Shown in pieces: positions 56,856-64,000 of a stretch of DNA of 64,000 nucleotides. How positions within the stretch are numbered: position 1 is the first letter of the stretch; every line of letters starts with the position of its first letter. The position numbers and the translations under genes are program-made. The notes under the pieces are model-generated. The model saw nothing but the letters and a program-made list of their open reading frames with translations. It was not told the DNA's origin and did not search any database. This DNA is from Smithellaceae bacterium (GTDB lineage Bacteria; Desulfobacterota; Syntrophia; Syntrophales; Smithellaceae), in contig CAXXVL010000001.1 in NCBI GenBank assembly GCA_963667845.2, forward strand, positions 288,001 through 352,000, in the 5' to 3' direction.

Positions 56856-56934
56856 AGTGCGGAAAAAAGACGATGAGGGGCGTGTATAGAAATCTCCGGT
56901 ATTAAGAGGCGCGGCCCTGTCGGTTTCCCGAGGA

Positions 56935-57747
56935 ATGGCTATGGAAGAATTAATTGCAAAAGCGGCCAGGCAGTTGATCAAATGCCGATATGCCATCGCG
57001 TTGACGGGAGCGGGCATGTCCACCGAATCGGGTATCCCTGATTTTCGGGGACCTAACGGCATCTGGACCAAAAACCCCGACGCCGAAAGGCAGGCCTATC
57101 AGAGTTATTACAAGTTCCAGCAAAACCCCAGAGCATACTGGATCGAGCGAATGACCGGGACGTCGTGGCTCACGGATTTGACCAATGCCCGCCCGAATCC
57201 GGGGCATCGCGCCCTGGCCGAATTGGAGAAGATGGCCATCCTGAAAGGCATTGTCACGCAGAACATCGACAACCTGCACCAGAAGGCAGGCAGCCTGCGG
57301 GTTGTGGATTACCATGGAAATATTTCATTGCTGCGCTGTTATTCTTGCGATTCCCGGTTTGATCCGGCCGAATACGACCTCCCGCGGCTCTTGGCGGAAG
57401 ATCGGTTGCCGCCTTACTGCCGGAAATGCAACGGCGTGCTCAAGTCGGATGTCGTCCATTTTAATGAGGCCATCCCCGAGGATGTGGCCCGGGAGAGCCA
57501 GGAGGAAGTGGAAAGATGCGATCTGATGCTGATCTGCGGGACGTCGGCGGTCGTTTATCCTTTTGCCATGCTGCCCCGGATGGCTAAACACAAGCCGCAT
57601 AAGGGGAAGACAACAATCATTGAGATCAACGCCGATGCCACGCCGCTGACGAGCGAAGGCGTATCGGATTATCTCATCTTGGGGAAAACGGGCACGATCC
57701 TGCCGAAAATCGTGGAAGAGATTAAGAAGCAGATTTCTGCAAAGTAA
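56935..57747 (+). CDS. cobB: Sir2/CobB-family NAD-dependent protein deacylase
   Basis: TGAG.STESGIPDFRG..G.W, PN.GH, TQNID.LH, HG, C..C/C..C, GTS..VYP. Confidence 0.92.
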   Translation: MAMEELIAKAARQLIKCRYAIALTGAGMSTESGIPDFRGPNGIWTKNPDAERQAYQSYYKFQQNPRAYWIERMTGTSWLTDLTNARPNPGHRALAELEKMAILKGIVTQNIDNLHQKAGSLRVVDYHGNISLLRCYSCDSRFDPAEYDLPRLLAEDRLPPYCRKCNGVLKSDVVHFNEAIPEDVARESQEEVERCDLMLICGTSAVVYPFAMLPRMAKHKPHKGKTTIIEINADATPLTSEGVSDYLILGKTGTILPKIVEEIKKQISAK

Positions 57748-57839
57748 AGAATGGCACGCCCCAAAGCAATTGCTGCATGCTTTACCTCAAACGCGGCAGA
57801 TGGCTGCAAACCTAATGTGAAAGGGAAAGGAGAACGAAA

Positions 57840-58496
57840 ATGAAAAAACTGTACAGAGAATTTGTGAAAAAAAGCGCTGTCTTTTTTGGCGGCACTCTCG
57901 TCATCCTTTTATGTTTGCCGGGACCGCTTTTTTCTCAGACGATTATTGACGAGTGGAACACGGTGAAGGCGCCGCCGGCGCCCGAGCTGAAAACGGTCAC
58001 GATCGATCCCGCCGCAACCGCACTGCTTCTTCTCGATTTCAACAAACAAACCTGCAACGAAAAAGTCCGCCCCCGCTGCATCCATTCCATCCCCGCCATG
58101 GCGGGATTTCTGGCAAAAGCCCGTGAAAAAGGCGTGAAGGTGATTTACAGCCTCTCCCCCGGCGCATCCGTGGCCGACATCGCAAAGGAACTGGCGCCGG
58201 CGGCAGGTGAACCGGTTGTGACTTCCGGACCGGATAAATTCTTCGGGACGGATCTCGAGAACATCATCAAAGAAAAAGGCATAAAGACGGTGATCGTTAC
58301 GGGTACGGCGGCGCACGGCGCTGTTCTCTATACCGCCAGCGGCGCGGCTCTGCGGGGCATCAAAGTGCTGGTGGCCGTTGACGGCGTGTCGGCTGAAAAT
58401 ACTTATGCCGAGCAATACACGGCGTGGCATCTGATAACTGCCCCCCGGGTCTCGGCCCAGGTGACACTCACCAAAACGGCGTTAATTAACTTCTGA
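57840..58496 (+). CDS. Exported isochorismatase/cysteine hydrolase-family protein
   Basis: TALL.LD, DKF.GTDLE......GIKT.IV.G; the usual catalytic Cys position reads HGAV. Confidence 0.85.
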   Translation: MKKLYREFVKKSAVFFGGTLVILLCLPGPLFSQTIIDEWNTVKAPPAPELKTVTIDPAATALLLLDFNKQTCNEKVRPRCIHSIPAMAGFLAKAREKGVKVIYSLSPGASVADIAKELAPAAGEPVVTSGPDKFFGTDLENIIKEKGIKTVIVTGTAAHGAVLYTASGAALRGIKVLVAVDGVSAENTYAEQYTAWHLITAPRVSAQVTLTKTALINF

Positions 58497-58700
58497 ATAA
58501 CGGAGGGGACAGCGCCCCATTTCCCGGGATCAAAAGAAATGTCCTTTGTGGCGTTTACGGCGCCGGCATTGCTTTTTTGTAATCCGGATCACACAAAATT
58601 GTGGTGGACAAGGCATCGGTGATGATCGTGATTTAAGCCCGTCGGATTCAGGCCGGACGCCGACCTTTGTGAGATCGGCATCCGGGCCTGGAAAGGTTTC

Positions 58701-59471
58701 TTAACCGATATACCGCTCCTGCTCTTTGCGCATGACCTTGAGCCAGCGGTCATGGTTATTGGCCCGGGCCTTGAAATATTCCAGAATTTCCGGATGCGGC
58801 AGAATAAAGAACTCTTCTCTGTCCAGAGCGCCAACGACAAAATCGGCACACTGTTCGGCCGTAATGGCCGTTTTCAGGATGTACTTTCCGACGCCTTCCG
58901 AATCCGCCGGAAGCATTCCCGAGATGACGCCGAAAGGACAAAGGCAACTGATCTTGATGCCCTGGCGGGCATGGGCGATCGACAAATATTCCGCAAACGC
59001 CACGGCGGCATGTTTGGTGACAGCGTAAGGCGCCTGACCCGGCGTTGTGAGTAACCCTCCGGCCGAGGCGGTATTGAGCAGGTATCCGCCGCCGCGCTCA
59101 ATCATGGATGGCAGCACGGCGCGGGCCGCAAAGACGTGGGCCATGACATGGATATCCCAGGAGCGCTGCCATACCTCATCCGGTGCCTCGGCACCGCCCG
59201 CCGCAGGAATCCCGGCATTCGAACAGAACAGATCGATCGGGCCGTACTTCGCGGTGGCCGCTTCCACCACTTTTTTGATGTCCGCCTCTTTGCTGACATC
59301 CGCCGCGACGGCGAGGCCGCCGATGTCCGCGGCCACTTTAGCCGCGCCTTCGGCGTTATAATCGGAAACCACAATCCCTTTGGGACCCTCGGCAGCAAAC
59401 CGATAACACAACCCCCGGCCGATTCCGGAAGCCGCGCCCGTGACCACCACAACTTTATCTTTGATCTTCAT
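58701..59471 (-). CDS. Short-chain dehydrogenase/reductase
   Basis: TGAASGIG, NAG, TAS, Y..TKHA. Confidence 0.95.
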   Translation of the reverse strand: MKIKDKVVVVTGAASGIGRGLCYRFAAEGPKGIVVSDYNAEGAAKVAADIGGLAVAADVSKEADIKKVVEAATAKYGPIDLFCSNAGIPAAGGAEAPDEVWQRSWDIHVMAHVFAARAVLPSMIERGGGYLLNTASAGGLLTTPGQAPYAVTKHAAVAFAEYLSIAHARQGIKISCLCPFGVISGMLPADSEGVGKYILKTAITAEQCADFVVGALDREEFFILPHPEILEYFKARANNHDRWLKVMRKEQERYIG

Positions 59472-59722
59472 AAAATCTCCTTCGATTTAGAATAGCGTAA
59501 AATTTTTTGCCTGCATCTGAATAGCGGGAAGATGCCCAAAATGCAAATATAAAAAGATCGAAAAGAAGATTGACCGGAGCGGTCATTTTCAGGCGGGGGC
59601 AGCGAAGAAACAAAAGCCGCAAGACCAGGGACCCGGGTAAAAGGGCTGACTGTTCATCACAGCAGTGAGGTCATCCGTCGGCAGTGACAACCGGAATCTT
59701 GACGGCGCCTCCGCCGCCGGGT

Positions 59723-60166
59723 TCAGGCTTTCCGTTTCTGAAAACTGTAGTAAAGACGTGAGCCGCCGAAAAGCAGAAACACCGCTCCCATAACCAGCAT
59801 GAAAAACGCCCAGGCCAGGGATGAACTGGGTTCGTACATGGGAATATGGCGATCGGGCTTAGACGAATCGTACCGGATTTCCAGAGTGTCGTTGACCTGA
59901 AATGAGTCCCATTGCTGCTTGGATACTGTGCCGCTGGCAATGATTTTACTGCCGGTCGCAGGCAAAAATGAATAGTCCAGATAGTATTTGGTATTGCCAT
60001 CGGCTGTTTTCTGAAAATGCTTTTTTGTTACATAGGCACTGGTGTGCCCGCTGTAATCTTTCAGTCGCTTATAGTCTGAATAGGACCCCCAGGTTCCCGC
60101 CAGTAAAAAACATCCTATACCGATAAAGATCAGACCCACAATAAAACCGGAAAAGGAAATTTTCAA
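59723..60166 (-). CDS. DUF3592-like membrane protein
   Basis: TM-beta-TM layout; Y...Y.F, I.YD...P; TTG start 7 nt after GGAGGT. Confidence 0.75.
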   Translation of the reverse strand: MKISFSGFIVGLIFIGIGCFLLAGTWGSYSDYKRLKDYSGHTSAYVTKKHFQKTADGNTKYYLDYSFLPATGSKIIASGTVSKQQWDSFQVNDTLEIRYDSSKPDRHIPMYEPSSSLAWAFFMLVMGAVFLLFGGSRLYYSFQKRKA

Positions 60167-60200
60167 TTTTCATACCTCCGACCTTATTTTTATTCTTTTC

Positions 60201-60299
60201 CAATCCCGCTCACGCCCGACGCGCGTTAATTCCCTGTCGCTTGCTGCGAAATAATGACTTTCATTTCATACCTCGACAGTCTGCTGCGAGGTTATTGAG
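60201..60299 (-). repeat. ~100-bp triple-hairpin dispersed element, copy J
   Basis: Reverse complement of the consensus. Confidence 0.9.
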
Positions 60300-60630
60300 T
60301 ATAGTATTTTTTTCGTCGGATGAGTAGGAAATTAAACAGCGGTTATCAATGCGCCGGCGAAACTGCCTGTTGTCTTTGAGCATTATGTCAATTATCAGGT
60401 GCTTTGCGCCGTCGGCGAATCTTTCCCGAAAGCGGAGATCGCAGTGAATGGGGAAACAAAAAATGATTATTCCATTATCTGCTGCCATCGTGTATGTCTG
60501 ACGGCAAAGTTCATATCGGTTTGGGCATCCTCCCGGAGTTCCCGGGCAAAACGAGGTGCGGGCTAAATATCCGAATCCGCGCTGTCAACTAAGCTATCCG
60601 ATATTGATTTATTTCTTTTGGGGAGGACCT

Positions 60631-62160
60631 ATGGAAAAATATCCCTGGTGGACGCCGTCGCAGATCGAATTGGCCGAAAATGCCAAAGATTTTGTAGATC
60701 GGGTGCTCATGCCGATCGGCATGCGCTCAGCACTGGAGAATAAATTCAGCTGGGAAGCCATGAAACTGATGGCGGGGCAGGGCTGGTTCGGCGCTCTGGT
60801 TCCCCGCGCCTATGGCGGTCATCTGGAAGAATGGGGCGTGACGGGCGCCGCCATTCTCAATGAAGAGGTCGCCCGCAGCGGCCTGGTCGGTCCATTGGGC
60901 ACGACCATGTTCGGGAGCGCCACACAACTCGTCCATAACGGGAACGAGAAGCAGAAAGAGAAGTGGCTGCCGCCGATGGTGCAAGGCGAGCTGCTCGGCT
61001 GCATCACAATGACCGAACCGTACGCCGGTTCCGACATCGCCTCTATTGAATCAACGGCGGTCCGCGACGGCAATGACTATATCATCAACGGCAAAAAAAG
61101 GTTTCAGACTACCGTCGGGGCAGCCGATCTGTACCTGTGCTATTTTCAAACCAGCAACAAACCGGAGGACCGGGCGGCCTATCGCCATCTGACCGCTTTT
61201 GCCGTGGAAAAGGGAACGCCCGGCTTTCATGTCGAAAGGATCAACGACATGATCGGCATGTTTGCCAATTACAACGGCAATCTGACGTTCGACGATGCCC
61301 GCGTGCCCGTCTTTAACCGTCTGGGGCAGGAGGGCGACGGCTGGAAAGTCATGATGAGCGGCCTGAATGTTGAGCGGATTCTCAACGCCGCCCCCATTCT
61401 CGGGATGATGCGTGAATGTATCCGTTATGCCCAGCAGCATCTGGCCAGACGCCTGCAATTCGGCCGGCCGACGGGCGACATCGCCACGAATCAATTCAAA
61501 ATCGCCGATATGATCTCCAAGCTCTACCTGAGCCGGCTGGTCACTTACTACGGCGCCCATTGCGCGGACCTCGGGCGGCAGGTACCCATCGAAGCCGCGG
61601 TCGCCAAACTCTTTGCCGCTGATTCCCTGATGGAAACGGTCCTGGAAGCCATCCAGTGCATGGGCGGTAACGGAGTCCTGAAAATTTATCCTGTTGGCCG
61701 CATTATGCAGGATGCCAAGTTGACGCAGATTGCGGCCGGCACCTCGGAAGTTCTCAAGCTGCTCATCTACCGTCAGGGAACAAGACAGTTGAAAGAGGAT
61801 TTGAAGGTTCCCCCGAGGGCCGTCGATCCGGAATTGAACGTTCCGCTGCCTGTGAGAAATCCCGTCACAAAAATAAAGGCTGCAAGCGAAAAGGATGTGC
61901 TCGAGGTTCTGGCTGAAAATTACCGGGTCAATCCCGGTCTCCATATGACCCTGGACGACATCCGGGAGTGGATTGAATTGAGCGATGACGATCTGACAAA
62001 ATATCTGCAAAGTCTGGAGGCCCGGGGACATGCCGGTTTATACCGGACCCGGCAGGGTATCGCGCTCGCCAGGGTTACGCTCACCGGTCTCAAGGCGGCC
62101 CACCCGCCGGAGTATTACCAGTATATTCCGAAATGGGCGGATAAAAAGGACTTGTTCTAA
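60631..62160 (+). CDS. Acyl-CoA dehydrogenase with a ~120-aa C-terminal extension
   Basis: MTEP.AGSD, INGKKRF, R.QFG.P, AIQ.MGG.G, I.AGTSE. Confidence 0.93.
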   Translation: MEKYPWWTPSQIELAENAKDFVDRVLMPIGMRSALENKFSWEAMKLMAGQGWFGALVPRAYGGHLEEWGVTGAAILNEEVARSGLVGPLGTTMFGSATQLVHNGNEKQKEKWLPPMVQGELLGCITMTEPYAGSDIASIESTAVRDGNDYIINGKKRFQTTVGAADLYLCYFQTSNKPEDRAAYRHLTAFAVEKGTPGFHVERINDMIGMFANYNGNLTFDDARVPVFNRLGQEGDGWKVMMSGLNVERILNAAPILGMMRECIRYAQQHLARRLQFGRPTGDIATNQFKIADMISKLYLSRLVTYYGAHCADLGRQVPIEAAVAKLFAADSLMETVLEAIQCMGGNGVLKIYPVGRIMQDAKLTQIAAGTSEVLKLLIYRQGTRQLKEDLKVPPRAVDPELNVPLPVRNPVTKIKAASEKDVLEVLAENYRVNPGLHMTLDDIREWIELSDDDLTKYLQSLEARGHAGLYRTRQGIALARVTLTGLKAAHPPEYYQYIPKWADKKDLF

Positions 62161-62193
62161 GAATGCCCTGCTGCCTGAATAATTATCGTTTTG

Positions 62194-63279
62194 TCAGGCT
62201 TTGCGCGCTTTCAGGTATTTCCCGACCCGGTCGAGGCCTTCCTCGATCTTGTCCACGTCGAGGGCGTAGGAAAACCGCACACGGTCCGGTGCGCCGAACC
62301 ACTCACCCAGATAGGTGATCACCTTGTGGTCATGGAACATATCCCAGACAAAGGCCTTGGGATTGGCAATCTTCGGGAGCACGTAGAAGGCTCCCTCCGG
62401 CTTCCAGAGATCGAGGCCCAGTTCGACCATGCCTTTGTAAATCATATCCCTGCGCGATTCCCAGATTTTCAGCTGTTCTTCGACATAGCGTTTGGGCACC
62501 GTGGTGGCGGTATAAGCCATTTCCTGGCCGATAATGCTGGTGTTCATCGAGGTATGCGACTTCATTTCAATGACCATCTTTACCAGCTCCGCATCCAGCG
62601 ACCAGAGATACCCGACGCGCAGGCCGGTCATGGCAAAGGTTTTGGAAAATGAATTGATGGTGACCACATGAGGCCCTTTGATCAGATAGTTTTCCCGGAC
62701 ATAGATCAGGTCCTTGTAAACCTCATCGGAAAGAACGTAGACTTCAAGCTCCTCGGCGATCTTCTCAACCTTCTGCAGGGTCTCGATCGCTTCCACTCTG
62801 CCTGTCGGGTTGGAGGGCGAGTTAATCAGCACGGCCTGGCAATCTTTGATCTTCTGCTCGAAGTCCTCATACACGATCCGGCCTTCCTGCATGTCGGTGA
62901 ATACCGGCTCGAACCCGGCAAACTCCACCAGCGGCAGATAGGAATAATAATAGGGGCGGCACAGCAGGCATTTCGGTTTCCGGCGATGCTTCTTTTTGTA
63001 TAGCCAGGCGATGGCCCGCAGCGAAAGATCCAGGGCCTCGGAAGCGCCGTTGGTGATGACGAAGCTGTTTGCCGTGGAGTACGGATACTGTTTGGCCAGG
63101 GCGTTGCGCAGGTTCTCCTGACCCTGGATGAGCCCGTACTTGAAGCCGCTGTAATCCGGCAGAATATCGTAAACCTCTTGGGGCGGCGGCAAATCCGGCT
63201 GTCCCGAGCCAAACGAAATGATTCCTTCACCGCTGACTCCGATAAACATCGCTGCCGTCAGCTTCCTGTCTTCATGCAT
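62194..63279 (-). CDS. Class I/II PLP-dependent aminotransferase
   Basis: G.GQPD, NSP.NPTG, SDEVY, SFSKTFAMTGLRVG. Confidence 0.95.
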   Translation of the reverse strand: MHEDRKLTAAMFIGVSGEGIISFGSGQPDLPPPQEVYDILPDYSGFKYGLIQGQENLRNALAKQYPYSTANSFVITNGASEALDLSLRAIAWLYKKKHRRKPKCLLCRPYYYSYLPLVEFAGFEPVFTDMQEGRIVYEDFEQKIKDCQAVLINSPSNPTGRVEAIETLQKVEKIAEELEVYVLSDEVYKDLIYVRENYLIKGPHVVTINSFSKTFAMTGLRVGYLWSLDAELVKMVIEMKSHTSMNTSIIGQEMAYTATTVPKRYVEEQLKIWESRRDMIYKGMVELGLDLWKPEGAFYVLPKIANPKAFVWDMFHDHKVITYLGEWFGAPDRVRFSYALDVDKIEEGLDRVGKYLKARKA

Positions 63280-63842
63280 CTGTATTTCTCCTTTGCGTTT
63301 ATGCGATGATAAACGCTGAGTCACTGTTCGTCATTTGCATAAACCATTTCTTTCTCTACATATATACATATCTCAAGGGTTATTGTCCAATGACTTAGTT
63401 GATGCTTTCACCAACGATTTTCTTAATCGATCTATATCAGATGCTATTGCCGTCCAGAAGCAGACGCTGATCCATACGCTGCGCAACCGGGCGGGACATC
63501 TCCGGCGGATAAGAGCGCACCGTAAGAAGGTGGTGGGGTAATGGGGATGAGCGCCTTGATTATCGCATACGAACCTGCTGCCGTAATCAAAAAGCGAGGT
63601 TCAAAGCGTCCCGTGCTGCTCTCCAGTGATCATCAATATTGCATTGACATAAGAGCCCGCGTTTCCTATACTCCATCTCACAAAAAGAAAGATCTCATCA
63701 GAAATAGTCTCATCGTAAAGCGTTTGATTGCTGTTTTCCACAGTGGGACACATGTAGCGTATTTCCTCACCACGATCAATAAAGGGTGCACTTTAGGGTG
63801 TGTAAATATTGATTGAAACAAGAATACCAGAGGAGGAGATTT

Positions 63843-64000
63843 ATGATGAAGCGTCGTCGAAGAGTTGCATTTTTTATTATCTCAGTAATTGTCCCGGCCA
63901 TAGTAGCGGCCATTCTCTGCATGCCTCCATCGTCTTATGCCCAGAAGGGGGAGCCGATCGTCATCGGTTATATCGGTATGGTTGCATCGCCGGGAACGAG
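63843..64000 (+). CDS. Probable branched-chain amino acid ABC substrate-binding protein (runs off window)
   Basis: SD GAGGAG, signal peptide, EPIVIG motif. Confidence 0.65.
   Translation, partial: MMKRRRRVAFFIISVIVPAIVAAILCMPPSSYAQKGEPIVIGYIGMVASPGT

Noticed and set aside
60160..60180. Out-of-frame ATG and TGAAAAT duplication at the DUF3592-like start as a frameshift
   Set aside because: The ATG directly abuts the SD, while the in-frame TTG is well spaced (7 nt), so the gene is probably intact.
1..64000. tRNA (including selC), rRNA, prophage or defence-system genes
   Set aside because: None were recognised by eye. The Sir2 protein is a standard CobB type and not a defence sirtuin. A tRNAscan or Infernal run would be needed to exclude RNA genes.

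Overview
The window reads like an anaerobic deltaproteobacterial (Desulfobacterota, Syntrophales-like) chromosome segment; this is inferred from gene content and style only. It holds about 55 mostly metabolic, transport and regulatory genes, one IS3-family element and much non-autonomous repeat DNA. The main discovery is at 39475-40182. The ORF track breaks this stretch into fragments, but it reads as one 235-aa MerB (organomercurial lyase)-fold protein. Both catalytic cysteines (MerB Cys96 and Cys159) are replaced by in-frame TGA codons, and each TGA is followed about 11-12 nt later by its own GGTC-loop hairpin resembling the fdhF SECIS. This makes it a candidate double-selenocysteine MerB-like enzyme with no mer operon nearby. 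A ~100-bp triple-hairpin element occurs 10 times, and one copy sits in frame inside the signal peptide of a lipoprotein with four 87-aa repeats. Other findings are a three-level nested REP/MITE stack, a tandem MITE array, and a structured ~200-nt leader on a 3D-domain gene. There are also duplicated fmdE-like genes bracketing a molybdo-oxidoreductase module, a FadR-type regulator beside a twin CrtI-like/enolase-superfamily cluster, and small genes missed by the ORF track. All family calls come from motif recognition by eye; no searches were run.
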